Source of the DNA: Glaucostegus cemiculus
Taxonomy: Eukaryota
DNA: 64,000 nt
Direction of reading: 5' to 3'
Assembly (NCBI GenBank): GCA_976551045.1
Contig: CDPCPM010000052.1
Location: 14,198,001 to 14,262,000 of the forward strand
The translations under genes were made by a program, and so were the position numbers. This document shows positions 1-13,285 of the stretch, piece after piece (positions within the stretch are counted from its first letter, which is position 1; each line of letters opens with the position of its first letter). Below the pieces are notes generated by a model that saw nothing but the letters and a program-made list of their open reading frames with translations, did not search any database and was not told the origin of the DNA.

Positions 1-59
1 AGTCGAACATCAGGAGAGGTGGGCTGGAGACAAAAGCAGGTAACCTGCATCTCTATTAG

Positions 60-450
60 GTCACAGAACACCATGCCAGCAGGCCATATTGGGGAAACAT
101 CAGAATAGACATGGACTTGTCCCCAAAGAACAAAGAAAGTCTTACCTTGACCCTTGAGACACCCTGATCCATTGGTTGGCTTCTGTAATGGTCAGTTCAG
201 CAGTGGCTCTGTCGAGCCTGGGTTCTTTTATACTCAAGCAGGCCTTCATCCTCCTGAAGGTCTGCTCTTCCAATGGAGCCATGTGCTGTTTCTTCAGCAC
301 GCTCCAACACTAATGTAACCACTGCATGTCTGACAGCCTCCATGCAGAAGCACAACACATGCATCGGAACTTGTGATTCATTTTTATATTGTACACAATT
401 GCAGAAGAGTCTGTTGTAATTCACAATCAAATTTCTGCTTCAAGTCGGTC
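60..450 (-). mobile_element. Highly degenerate Harbinger transposase DDE relic
   Basis: VNYNRLFCNCVQ..MHV..GGC and EYKRTQA..RATAELTI follow the order of VNRKGFHSLNVQ..MHV..PGSCHD and YNESHAATRATIEQTI. Confidence 0.4.
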
Positions 451-1365
451 TTTTGCTCCATAAAACTTGTATGGTACCATTGAATTTTTAGGCCATGACA
501 TCATGCAGGTTCAGCATTTATTGCTGTGAATTAATGCTTAGGCAGAAATTACTTCCTTTCACGAGGATATATATATTGTTCCCATTACATCATGTATCAT
601 CAAGTGTTAAGCAGACAATTTATGACAGGGCAATAGGATTAACAAATATCAAATGTACAGCTTTCGTCTTTAAATACTAGCTAATGTCCCTTGGTATTGT
701 TCTTAAATAGTCTGGGATCTGGAGAATGTGTGAATTGATTGGCTCACAACAGCTGGTCTTAGGGCCGACACTTTACACAGCAAATGTTGATGACAGGAGA
801 AGCAAAGAATATTTGCATTAAATTTAGAATATCATTAGCTGTCTTTTGAAGGGATGGAATAGTCCAGTTCATCTGTTAAGGACTTACGCCTTTAGGCTTC
901 TGTCAAAAATACCCAACAGCATTTTGCATTAAGTGAGCAAGGTGCAATGGCAGTTATCAGAACAGCAGTCTTGAGTTCCTGCAAACAAGCAGTGAATTGA
1001 ATGGTCAGTTAAGAGAGTTCTGGTGCTGTTAAATGATGGAGGAGTGTAATCTTTTGAATTGTACAATGGCTCCTCAAACATCTGTGTGGAGCTGATTAGC
1101 ATCACGCTCAGAGGATGGTACCTCGAATATAGTATCCTCAGGATTGCGCTAAACTGTTGACCTAGTTTATGTACAGCTGATTTATGTACAGCCTGTACAT
1201 GCCAATGAGTGTTTGAGAGAGAAAGTGGGATGAATTTGTTGGCTGCTGCTGGGCTGCAGGCATTTTCTGCTGTGTGGGAACTCAGTTCACGGCCAGATTT
1301 CTGTCCCTTCTCTAACTTGGGGAGGACCTGTACTCAGATCCTGGTGAGATTGTCGAAACTACATT

Positions 1366-1710
1366 AGAGTTATAGAGTACAAGAGCCAGAAAACAGGCCC
1401 TTTAGCTCTGAGTCCATTTCAAATATAAAAACACATTTACACCAATCTGACATGAATCCCATTTTTAAATTCTCCCCAAATTCCCTCCAGAACCACTCAC
1501 CCTCATACCAGGGGCAAATTACATTGTGCAATTACCCTACCACCCTGCACATCTTTGGGATCTGGAAGGAAACCAGAGCACTGGAGGAATCCCATGCAGT
1601 CTCAGGGAGAACATGCAAACTCCACACAGAAAGTACCGGGGATCAGGATCAAACCTGCACTGCTGGAGCTGTGACACAGCAACTCTAAAAGCTGTATCAC
1701 TGTGCTGCTC
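1366..1710 (-). mobile_element. HE1/V-SINE (tRNA-derived head, V core, CR1-type tail)
   Basis: Core GGAAACCAGAGCACTGGAGGAATCCCATGCAGTCTCAGGGAGAACATGCAAACTCCACACAG on + and tail AAACAGGCCCTT. Confidence 0.85.
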
Positions 1711-2314
1711 TCAGTACCCTGCTGTTTAAAAGTATTGACAATTCAGACCATTTAATGGTTTCACATAGACCTTGCCCTCTCACGTCATTCAACAAAAGAA
1801 AGAGTTTTAGAAACAACACATAACGAGACAGCACAGAAACAATCTTCTTCAATCTTGAGAGTCTAGAATACAACAGTTTTATAGAGCTATAGCCATTCGT
1901 ACAGCCATCCCTAACCTCTCACCTCCAAAAAAGCAAGGAGCATTACTAAGCCTCTGTTAAGTAAGTGTGCAGTTGCTGCGCATCAGAGCCCCAGTGTCCA
2001 CCACCCCCTCACTGGACCATGATGAGCAGAGAGAGGCTAATGCAGGAGCAGTTGTAGTTTCTCAGCTAGGAGGAAAATTGGGAGAAGTTCCTTTTTGCAC
2101 CTCTGCGAGTCCTTGTGCTGTTGGCAGGGAGCACTCAGCCAGAAGCCAGACGGGCAAGGAGGGATAGGAACAGTATGCTCCCTCAGCAGTAAAAGAATGG
2201 ATTGTTTAAGAGTGGTTGCTTTGATACAAATTCAGCTCAAGGGAGCTCCCATTTGTGGATATAGTTGTAAAGAAAGTCTTTTCACTAAATCAACCCAGGA
2301 CACCTATGAACTAA

Positions 2315-2400
2315 TACAGTACTTTTGAAGGGTTGTAATGTGGGAAACATGGCAGACAATTTGTGCACAGTAAGATTCCACAAACAACAACAAAATGGAT
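2315..2400 (-). mobile_element. DeuSINE (AmnSINE1/SacSINE1-like) relic; further relics at about 1100-1190 and 13410-13570
   Basis: GTACTTTTGAAG..TTGTAATGTGGGAAACATGGCAGACAATTTGTGCACAG..AGATTCCACAAACA is the recalled antisense Deu-domain pattern. Confidence 0.6.
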
Positions 2401-2614
2401 TTTTTTAGACTTAAAACACAAAATGCTAGAGACATTCATCGTGCCAGCGAGCATCTGTAGGGAGAGCAACAGTCAACTTTTCAAGTGTGGGACTTCCCAT
2501 TCGAGCTGGAAGCAAAAACCAAGTTAGTTTTAGGTTGCAGAGAAGGTGGGGATGGGTTGGGTAGAACAAAGGGAATATCTCTAATAGGGTGAGACCAAAT
2601 AGGTTAATAGGGGC

Positions 2615-2850
2615 AGAGTCATAGTGGCATACAGCATGGAAAAATGCCCTCTGTCTGCTGACTCCCTGTGAACTGTCAATCTCCCACTTATCCACTAATC
2701 TCCACACATTCTCATCAACTCTCCCCATATTCCACCACCACCTGCACAAGAGCCAATTTACAGTGGCCAATTAATTTACCAGCCCTCAGGTCTTGGGATG
2801 TGGGAGGAAAACCATCCAGTGACAGGGAGAAGGTGCAAACCCCTCACAGG
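2615..2850 (-). mobile_element. HE1/V-SINE, partial
   Basis: CAATTTACAGTGGCCAATTAA...GGATGTGGGAGGAAA core with an AGAGTCATAG tail. Confidence 0.75.
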
Positions 2851-5779
2851 AGGCAGACCCCGTTGCCCCAGATTCAATGCATACCTCCTTCTAATTCTCA
2901 CTTTAAGAGCCCACAGCTGCTGCTCTCCACTTTCAATTCTCTTGTGAGTTCATGACCCAGGCTCTTCACTGCTCTCCTGACACGTAATAAAGATGAATCA
3001 GCCACCGTATCTGACACCTGCCTGCACACACAGGTAGAAGCATGTCAGCCTGAACCTTTAAACAAACACTTTTTCCATACAATTTCATACAACATAAATC
3101 ACTTTTACTCTTCATTTTAACAGTGGTACCAAGTGAGTAAGGAGCGAAGAAAATAAATGCCAGACTTTAACATTACCCTAGGTGTGGTACACCTTGGAGC
3201 AAAACCTTTATTAAATTTGCTTGTTATTCACCAGTATTACATTAACAACCAGGGAGACTGACTGGGGCAGACTAACTGCAAGTCCTTTCAGGCCTCACTG
3301 AAAAATATTGATTTTATTATATTCTTGGCCATGGCGTGCAGACTGCCATTTTAATGTTGTATATTCAGAAAAGAACGAGCACTTGCAACTTACGCATTAC
3401 ACTGTAGAACTAGAGTAAATAACTTGCTTGTGCAAGCATCCTGGATACGTTACAAAAACATAAGACTGAGGTGTGGGGGTGGGAGGAAGGGGAGAACTTG
3501 ACTGACCCTGAAAACCCATGGGTTTACTTGCGCAAATGCTGTAGGTAAGAAAAGGCAGACTCACACTCCAGCCATAACTGATTAGATACCACCTTCATCT
3601 TAGTTTAATTCCCTTCCTGCCCCAGTTTTTCACTGACTGTAATCTCCCAGTCATTTTTCTTTTAAATTTTAATGCTAGCCAGAAGTAAAAGCAGAACAAT
3701 CTGAGACAAGGTCTCCTGTGAGTTGGGGCCACGGTGAAAGGGTAGTGGGCCTAACCAACATCAGAGCCTTTTGAACTCTTTGGACTGAAGCAGAGCTTAT
3801 GAGCTCAGAGTATTGGATTCCTCACAGAAGGAAAGCAGTCTTTAAGGGGCCATACTTTAAAATATGCCAGAAAAATATGGAACATACCAATTCTCAGTGG
3901 GGGTCAGACCATACAGGCTAAAGAATGATCACGAGTACAGTAATGCAGTAAAAGCACTTGTTTATTCATTTGAAAGAAAATCTTTCAGCCACTCTGAAAT
4001 CTTTAAAAAGAATTTTCTTTCGATAGAATGTTTTCTTCACAGCACTAGGTCTTTTTGGGTTGGCAGTTTTGGCTGACGTTTCACACTGGTCTGTCGTTTT
4101 CATAAACTGAAAAAAAATGCAAGTGTTAACCTGCTCCCACCCCAGACTTAGGGCAAAGCTTGCCAGATATCAGATTGGAGGCCCAGCCAGATTTTAAAGG
4201 TAGACTATACATCTTCCTAAAGCTTCAAGCAAATGTCCCCAGAGAAGAGATTTTTGACAGAACTGACACTAAAGTAATTCTAGTTTAATTCGGGATTGCC
4301 ATCTACAGCTTTGCAGCCACTTCTGGTGCAATTTGTTTGCTGCAATAATTAACTTGTCACACATTTGGTGTTGATCGAGTTATGAACAAATCTCATTTTC
4401 CCTAATTACCAAAAGGCAAAGATGGTGAAATTCCAGTCAGTTCTAGGGTCAGGTACGAACTTAAATTTAATGTGAATGCAAAGGGGCTTGCCTGCCCGGA
4501 GAGGAAAGATAACTACCCTACATATAACATTTATCCTTACCCTCTCATGTTCTGATCAAACAGTGCAAACTGCCAGCATTGTCTGAAACTATTTCTGATT
4601 TTCAACAACTTTTTTTTTAAATAACATTACTTTTTCAATAATCCCACTTCTATGAAAAGATGATTAAACTTGACCATTCAGATTATTTACAACAAACTTG
4701 TTCAAACCGCATCCAGTCCATTTCTTACTCCTAAGAGCATTACCAATTAAGACCTTGAAAGAAATACTATTAGGGCTTTCTTTTCTCATTTACCAGTTCA
4801 TCTTACTTGAATTTCTTGAGCCCGGAGACTGACCAAATGTGCTCTCAGCTCACTAGTGGATAAATTCTAAAATAAAGCACATGTCGTGTCTGCTAAGTTT
4901 ATCACTTGAGGTATGTGCACATTAATGAGAACGTTGACTCAAAAATTGCATGTGGCTCATGTGACCTTGGGCAGTCAACTCAGATAAATTGTGTGGAGAG
5001 TCTTGATCTCATGGAAATAATGAGGTTTCCTTTAGTGAACCTGTGGAGGATCAAATAATACAAATGAACTTTAACACCTTTCACTTCAGTGGATTCCTAT
5101 TCATATTTCTTTTAGGTCATACAAGGAGAAATGAGGTGAATTAAGGAGAAATAGCTCAGGGAAGTTATTTAAGCAGGCACTGTGAACAATGTAAACTAAT
5201 ATTGTGGAACTCCTGCTCTGCAGTCTCACTGACTTTTCACATCAAACCAAACTTATCACCTATTGAAATTCAATCCTTGTTTTATTAACCTGGTTCTTTA
5301 GTGAGTGCTTTGCTTGTACTGTTCTCATTTATTCACGTTTATTCTTTTTCTCAGCTGTGTATCTCATAAACACCAATTAAACAAAAATAGATGGAATTAG
5401 CAGCACAAGAATAGCCATCTGTGTTCATGCTCCACTCAAAGCTTCTCCCAATGTATTTATTTCATCTCAATCTCCCCACTTATCAAAATAATCTTCTATT
5501 CCTTTCTTAATCAGATACTTATCACCTTTCTCCTGAAATGCACTGTGCCTCAACCATTTCTTCAGCTGCCGTGGTCTACAATTTAGAAATGTTTCAAATG
5601 GCTCAGTTGATATTGACAGAAAAGCTGAAGTTCAATAGCAACTTTCAAAGGTGAAATGGATATAATTTAGACCCATGGGAATAAAATAGGGAATTAGTAC
5701 TTTTTCAAAAAGCTCTCACTGCCAGAGAAGACACTTCTTTGTTAATTCTCATATGTCATTTGTCTGTATATGGACTCAT

Positions 5780-6190
5780 CTGGCTGTGTCTTTCTGAGGG
5801 CTATTACTAAGCTCCTCATTACTTATAACATGTCAAAGTTTCATATCATCAACAAACTTTGAAGTGCCTGTATACCAAGGCTAACTGATTAATATATAGA
5901 AAAGTGTGCAATGCTGTTGAAACCAGTCCCTGGAGATCTAATGTGATAAACAACTGTTCACTGTTATTCCTCACTTTGTCCCTTAGCTAATTGTATATTG
6001 ATGCTATGATGTCCTTTAATCGATGAGCTTTAATCTTACTATTGAGTAGTACATTGTTAAATATCTCTTGCAAATGGATGCACACAACAACAACAGCCAC
6101 ATTAACTTTATTAACCCTCCCCAGTACTTCCAATTTTAATGACAATAATAGTCTGGTAAAGAAAAGCTGTTCCCTGTGAGATTCGAATGT
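5780..6190 (-). mobile_element. CR1 ORF2 (RT) relic
   Basis: EVLGRVNKVNVAVVVVCIHLQEIFNNV...KIKAHRLKD resembles EEVTERVDEGNAVDVVYMDFQKAFDKV...KIKAHGIKG. Confidence 0.7.
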
Positions 6191-6589
6191 TACCTGTGCA
6201 GCATTTGCGAAGTTCCTCTTGCCAACCGTCACTGACTTCACTGGTTTTCTTGGCTAATGCAGATTTCATTTTCTCAGTTCCATGCAGGACCTGAGCTAAA
6301 GGCAAAGAGCACCCGAGAGCACCATTTATAATGTCAACATATTGCTTAAGATAATTAGCACCCACAGATAAATACAAGGTCCTAAACAAAACCATTGTAA
6401 TGAGCTCCTAACTTTAAAAGTGCTATGATCTTGCAGTGCCTTTAAGTTTCATGATGTTGAATGAACCTGCAAACAGATATAGTCCTTCAATGTGGTCATT
6501 GGATCCAAGCCTTATTCAAGATCCAAAGTAGATTAATGTGAGAAAACTTGCAGTAAAATTGCAAAAGTTCTTTAAGAAGTTAAAATCGA

Positions 6590-6686
6590 TGCAAATAGGA
6601 GCAGCTTAGCTGGACACCTTGGTCAGCAAGGACAAATTGGACCAAAGGGCCTGTTTCCATGCTGTATTTCTCTATGACTCTATGAC
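6590..6686 (+). mobile_element. CR1 3' tail
   Basis: AAGGGCCTGTTTCCATGCTGTATTTCTCTATGACTCTATGAC. Confidence 0.8.
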
Positions 6687-7099
6687 AATGACTGATTCCA
6701 GCTCGAAAAAGCTCAGCTGTTGTTGTTTCACACAAACTCACATGCATGGGATGAAGCCATCAATTCCACACAGGTAGATTGCTAGAAAAATAACTAATAG
6801 TATATCCCATCCTACTCCCAACACCAGGGCAGAGACATCAATCCATGCTGTTTCCCTGGTGTTGAAACAGTGTTGTGGATCACCCAAAATGCTCTTTGAG
6901 AAACTTACATAAACAGCAAGAACATTAATTGCAAGGTTCGCAGAATAATGTTCATGGGTGTTTTTTTCAATTTCAACCCAGTATTCTCTCTTGACGTGTT
7001 TCAGATTCTCACTGGTGTAACAATGGAGGTACAATCTTCTAAGAACGTAATTCTATACAAGCTACACTCTTCAGTCTACATGGGAGTGTTGCCAAAGAA

Positions 7100-7330
7100 T
7101 TAGTTAAAGGGGTGGGAGGGTGCCTGGGGATAAAGGAGGTGGACAGGCTGCTGGTGAAGAACAATGCCAAAGGAGCCATGATTGCTGTGTAGGGTGAGCC
7201 ATGTTAACACACCAGGACTAGAGCCTGGTTCACCTGGAAGGAAATAGCAAGGGAGGTCTCTGTAAAGACACGAGAGCAGTGTCTCAGTGCTGCACTGTGG
7301 AGAAACATGTGGCATGAAGGCAAAGTCTCA
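7100..7330 (-). mobile_element. Possible Harbinger transposase relic
   Basis: Weak nucleotide similarity to 25690-25740 (TGCAGCA...TCG.GTCTT.TA.AG). Confidence 0.25.
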
Positions 7331-7449
7331 TCTCCTTGGCTATGGAGCTTGGGTGACCTCCCTAATGCACCAATCAGCATCAAACCATGGCCTGTGACAA
7401 AAGTTAACAGCAGACATCTGGAGTGATCTAGAGGCTAAGAAATTGACAA

Positions 7450-9270
7450 TGACTGTAATAGATGACCAAACAGCAAATATTTAAATTTTTGGTCATCATG
7501 GAGACAGGATTGCTACTGACCAGATTTAGGAATTAAATATTCCAGGAGATTTGGTTTTGGGAAGAAATAGGAAAACTGGAAAAGGTGGTGAGGAATGGCC
7601 CTGATAATGAAGGACTTGGTTCAGGCAATAGAGAGGAAGGTTCTTAGTTTGGGAAATCAAGAATTAGAACATAGATTTAAGGTGAGCAGGAAAGGTTATG
7701 GGAGATTTACAAGGCAAGTTTCTACTGTTTTGTTTATGCACAAGACAGTGAATGCCTGAAACACACTGCCAGAGGGAGTTATGGAGGCAGATACCAAAGC
7801 AACATTTAAGAGGCATTTAGCCAGATGAGATTAGTTAGATTGGCATCATGGTCAGCACAGACATGGTGGGCCGAAGGGCCTGTTTTAGTGCTGTACAGTT
7901 CTATGTTCAATGTAAGATCAGTCTGGCTGAAGCTAAGAGACAGCAAGGGCAGAAAACGTTGTTGGGAGTTGTCTGTAGCGTCTCAAACAGTAATGGTGAT
8001 GCAGGGCATAGCATAAATCAGGAAATTAGAGGCACACATAATAAGGGTAATACAATAATCACTGGACACTTTAACTTGCATAATCTGCAAAACCATACAC
8101 TCAGAAATAAATATACAGTTCAGAAAACACATACTGCCAAACACCTGATATATTGATCTAGAAAACTATCTTTTACACACTCCATATAAGAAGTGCTTTT
8201 CTTGATCAGTATGTTGCACAACCAACTGGGGAGCAGGGTCTTTTAGTTTGAATACTGCACATTAATCTGGTGGTTGAAGAGTTTTGAGGGGAGGGTGACT
8301 GTAATATGCTCGAATCTTGTATAAAAATTTCAAGTACATTAGTTCAGTTAGAAGCCAGGGTCTTAAATCAAAACACAGCAAACAATGAAAGTTTAAGGTG
8401 CAAGTTTCTATGATAGATTGGGAAACTACATTAAGCACAGGTCCACATGCCAAAGGCATTCTGGTAAGTTAATTGATCTTTCCACATTACGACTCCCGCA
8501 AACCCCCCCACTGTAGGTCGGTGGTAGGAGACGCTGGGGGAATTAATGAGAATTAATACATAGCTCATGGGAAGTAAGCAAATATATGCCTCTGAACCAT
8601 AACAACGCAAAAGGAAAAGTGCTCCAGCTATGGTTAAGACAGTATTAATTCATAGGGAAAGGCTTCCGACATTGCCAAAAAATGCATTAAGCCTGAGGAT
8701 TGGGAAAATTTCAGAATTCACTGAAGGAGGACCAAGAAATCAATAAGGAGAAAGAAAACAGAATATACTAATCCATCAAGAAACATTAAAAACAGGCTGT
8801 AAAAGCCTCTGTAGATAGTAAAAAGGAAAGAGTTAGCTAAATGTAACCTGGATCTGTAACAGACTGAGAAAGGAGACTTAATGTTGGGGATAAAGAAAGG
8901 GCAGGAAATTTAAACACATATTTTGCTTCCATTTTCACTGGAAATAACGGAGAATAGCAGGTGAGCAGCTGGATGAGAAGCTGGAAGGAATTGGTTGAAA
9001 ATAGTATTGGAGAAATTAATGGTTCTGAAAGCCAACATATCCCCAGAACCTGATCATTTGCATCTCAAGATTTTGAAAGAGGTGACTATGGTGACAGTGG
9101 ATAAGGTAGTTGCTTTCTTCTAAAATCCCAGCAGTCCTAGAATGGTTCCCGCAGACTGAAAATAGCAAATGCAACCTTACTGTTTAAGGAGAGAAAAAAA
9201 TCCCAACAGGAAACTGCAGACTTGCCAGCCTGACATCAGTGGCATGGGAAGTGTGAGAATCTTTAAGGAA
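7450..9270 (+). mobile_element. Fragmented CR1 ORF2 (endonuclease to pre-RT) with a nested CR1 3' end (7670-7905) and SINE fragment (8420-8580)
   Basis: NKGNTIITGHFNL motif, GACTGAAAATAGCAAATGCAACC (DWK.ANV), and a GGGCCGAAGGGCCTG tail. Confidence 0.75.
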
Positions 9271-10421
9271 ATTATAACAGTTGTAATAGGTTGGGCGGAG
9301 TCAGTATCCAGGGGAAATCTGCGCTGGGTTAGCCTGATTTTCAGATGCAAACTATTGTTATTTTTGGGATTATGTGAACAAATTTTAAGACTCATGAACG
9401 TTTCACTTGTCAAATTTACAAAACTCGAGCAATGGCAGACTAGGTGGAGATTTGTAAAGCAGCAATTGTATCCGACCAAACTAATCTTATCAAATGGCAA
9501 ACACAAGTGACATCATTGACAGATGACACTGATCATTGCATTGTACTGCATGAGTGAGAGCAGTTCAAGGCTTTTGAGTTCACCTGCTCCAAACCCCCAC
9601 CAGCAAGGTCAGAATTTCATACCAGCAATGTTTGAATGGCCTTACACTCTTACTTGTGAGAGCGGTGTTAAATATTTTTCAACACCTTCAATTTCTTGCT
9701 GAACATATGTAATAAAGCTGATCAGCTGTCAGAAGTGAGACCAGCATTAAGTCTTACTTAAGTCCTAACTCTCACAATGATGTTGCTTTTACCTCAACTT
9801 ATCTTTTTAACAAGATGGTAGGGGTATTATTAGCAATGTGGCAGCTTTTATCTGTAACTGAGCTGGTGAAGAAACTAGCTATTACGCTGTGGGAACTGAA
9901 TTGAATAAGGAGTCATAGGCTTACTGAAACGGACCTTTCCATTCACAGTTAATAGGCCAGGAAAGACGATTGAAGGATGTCATATTGGTGGGATCAAAAA
10001 GCAATTGGATGTTTATCTAAAGAGGGAAGAGGATGTGATAAGAACATTTAAGTTTGTCATTAAAACAATTAAGTTCCTGTGTCTTGGAGCCTCTTTGTTT
10101 CTCTCATTCTCTCAGAAGTGGATGAGTACCATGCACAGAACAATACCACTGAGCAAGAAATTACCTTATATTGGTGAATGGAGTTGGCCCAATCTCTGCC
10201 TCGATCACACAGTATACACCTGGTTTGTGTTGATTTTGATTGCAGAAGTCATTTAGATTGACAAATGTAACAAAAGAAGTAATTGCATTCAGATTGCATT
10301 CATTCATTCTGGTAAATGATTCAGCTCATTAATCTGTTGCTCTGTTTCACTCTCCACGACCGCTGCCCGACCTGCAGAGTATTTCCAGCATTTTCTATTT
10401 TAATTCAGAATTTCAGCATCT

Positions 10422-10608
10422 AGAGAAACAAAGGACTGCAGATGCTGGAATATCTAGATGAAAAACACCATGATGCTGGAGGAATTCAACAAGCCAGGCA
10501 GCATCTTTGGAGAAAAACAGTCCTGAAGAAGGGTCCTGACCCAAAAAGTTGACCGCCTGCTTTTCTCCACAGATGCTGCCTGGCCTCCAGCATCAGAGTG
10601 TTTTTCAT
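10422..10608. repeat. Palindromic Penelope-derived repeat with hammerhead motif at 10518-10555 (+)
   Basis: Arms GATGCTGGAGG..GCCAGGCAGCATCTTTGGAGAAAA and TTTTCTCCACAGATGCTGCCTGGCCTCCAGCATC. Confidence 0.8.
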
Positions 10609-13114
10609 TGCAGCATGTAAACCTTTTGCCTTGTCATTTATTGATTGCTAACCAGTCATCAAACCCTGGATTGTAATTTTTTTGCAAAGAATAATCAAGT
10701 GCTAGAGACTTGGGTCTTGACCTTTCATGAAGGTGTAAAAACACTTCTGAAGCAAATAACACACTAAAACATGGCAGCTGACTTTTGAGGTTCATTGAGA
10801 TCCATGGAGCTTGTGGGTTCTAGTGTTGTTTGTTTGTTCTTGGAATTGTGAAGAGATGCTTCAAGGTCATTACATCAAAGATCCTTTGTCACTCTGGGAT
10901 CATGCTCAGCAACAGAGTTTATAACTGAATAAGTGAGTTTTAGAATTAGCTGCAGTAATTGCCAAGGCAATAAGTGGCACAGACGGCAAGTCAACGAGTG
11001 TTGGCTCAAGTTGTTGGCTCATCCTTTTCCACTTCACCACGAAGCAGATCAATACCATGAACCATGATTTACTGGATCAGACACCAAGCCATTCAGTGTT
11101 TTTTCTTATCAATTTACTTAGTCCTTTATTTTGAGTTCACTCTTTGTTGCTTCTTGAAGAGAAGACCCACATCCAATCTCCCCATCGCCCCTTCCAGTGG
11201 GAGACAAAATGGTTCTCCAGTCAGCCAGATGCTCTTTCCAACCAAATAATATATTTTTGCCTTTTTTAACAGCTTTTCCCATTAGTTGTGTACACTTCGG
11301 CTGGCAAATATTACACTGCCAAATGTGTTGAGAAAAAGTGTGCCTGATTGAACTTTGTGTGCATCCCAGACCAGAAGTTACCTACATTGTTAAACTCTCT
11401 GTTTTTTGTTTGTTAGTTGCCCACTTATTCTGATGGAGAGGGCTACCAATGGTGCACATGAGATTATTCACAATACAGTTGCATCAGGCTTGTTCACCAA
11501 CATCTTGTATTTAGCTTCCGACCACTTAAATTGAGACAAGGGATTAAATAAACTCCAGGCAATTGGGAGGAGGATATTGACATTCAATGTGATCTTTGGG
11601 ACACTTACATGCATTTTTATCTAGTACTTTGCTGGATTATATGTCACTGATCCTTGGGAAAACAATAGGGTGGAACTCATAATGGAAATGAATTGGAGTT
11701 TGTGTGGGCCAAATTAATTAAGATTTCTGCTGTTAAACATAAGTTAACGGATATTTGAAGTAAAGAGACTTGTTGAATGTGAATAGCTTTAAGGTCCAAT
11801 TATATTAAAAAGCATTTAATCCACTAACCCACTGACTCCACTTGTGATAACACAACCTTTGTTGTTCTGAGACATCTTCTGAATTGACATGGTCGCTATT
11901 TGAAGTGTCGTTCTCTTGTGGTATTCATGGATGCTTGGTTCAAAACAGGTCTTCATGCTGGAATGGTAGAAATAGATACAAAAAAAGAACAAGAGAACAC
12001 CACACAGAGGTTACTGTCTCTACTTCAGTGCCATTCCAAGGCTCCCCCCTTGCCAACAACAACGAAAGCATTTTGCAATGATATACCATTAGTGTGCGAA
12101 AATAAGTTTGAAAACATTTCTCAATTAGACAAATGCTGTACTGCATTGCGCTTTTAAAGCTGTCTCTATGCTGTAGTTGGGGGATGAGGAGAGTTTAGAA
12201 AAAAGGTTCAGAATCATTTCCCAATGATACATGTATTTTTCCTTGGAAATAATCTCATCTATTATTTCCTCACCTCCGCCAACCCCCCAACCCAACCCCA
12301 GAGTCAACCTTGGTCGCTGCTCATCCTATCCAGATCTGAAATGGATTAGCATCTGTTTAAAAATATTGAATGCTAAATTGAAGCATGAGCACATTAAGTG
12401 CTTGTACATAAACTTAATGGGTTGAAAACTCCGCTCTCTGACGTCTTGTTTTTCCGAACCACACTGGTAAATATGAGTAACTCTTCCAAGCTAAACAGGC
12501 AACTGCAGAAGATTTAGATGGTGTATGCATAAAGGGTAAATTTCTGGCACTGTGTTTCTGGCAGGAAGCTGGACCCACTGGCAGAACATATTAAAATTCA
12601 CGCGCCCAATGCCTATGGTTTTCCGACCATTCATTTTAAGCAGGAGCAGAAAATTTCTCTTAGAACTTACTGACACCTATTAGAATTTAAAATTTACATG
12701 AAAAGCTTAAATAATCAGAAAAGATCTGGATGTATACCAGTAAAAGGCATTTCCTGGAGTTCATATTGCTGATAAATACTGGAACCAAAATGTTACTTTC
12801 TCCTGTACAAGTAGGTATCAGTAGAAAATATATTTCAAGCCAGTAGCTGTAACTTTATTGACACCACCGTCACCTGCTTTGAGTACAGTCTATCCTCATG
12901 TTTCCACTTCTGGTGGAGGAGGTCTAGAATCCATTTTGTCACAAATTTTTTTTCTTGCTGAGATACCTGAATATTTTTTCCAGTTCAGTACATTCCCCTT
13001 ATTTGTTGTGCTGATCAATTGCATCAGAAAGCAATGGACTTTATATTCTTACAGTTCGAAACAAAAGTCTTTGGATTGCTCCTCCCAGTCCTTTTACTAA
13101 GTCCATTTTTTTTT

Positions 13115-13285
13115 GGAGCAGCAAACAAAATACTGGAGGAACTCAATGGGTCAGGCAGCATCAATGGAGGGAAGAGGACAGTTGACATTTCCAGCCGACT
13201 CCCTTCATCTGGACTAAAACATCGACTGTCCATTTCCCTCCACAGACCCGCTGAGTTCCTCCAGCATCTTGTTTGTTACCTCAGA
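13115..13285. repeat. Palindromic Penelope-derived repeat with hammerhead motif at 13179-13215 (-)
   Basis: Arms CAAACAAAATACTGGAGGAACTCA and TGAGTTCCTCCAGCATCTTGTTTG. Confidence 0.8.

Noticed and set aside
141-330. Minus-strand exon-like segment ending AAG|GTAAG
   Set aside because: Antisense to PAPPA, no host-protein similarity, and better explained as a Harbinger relic.
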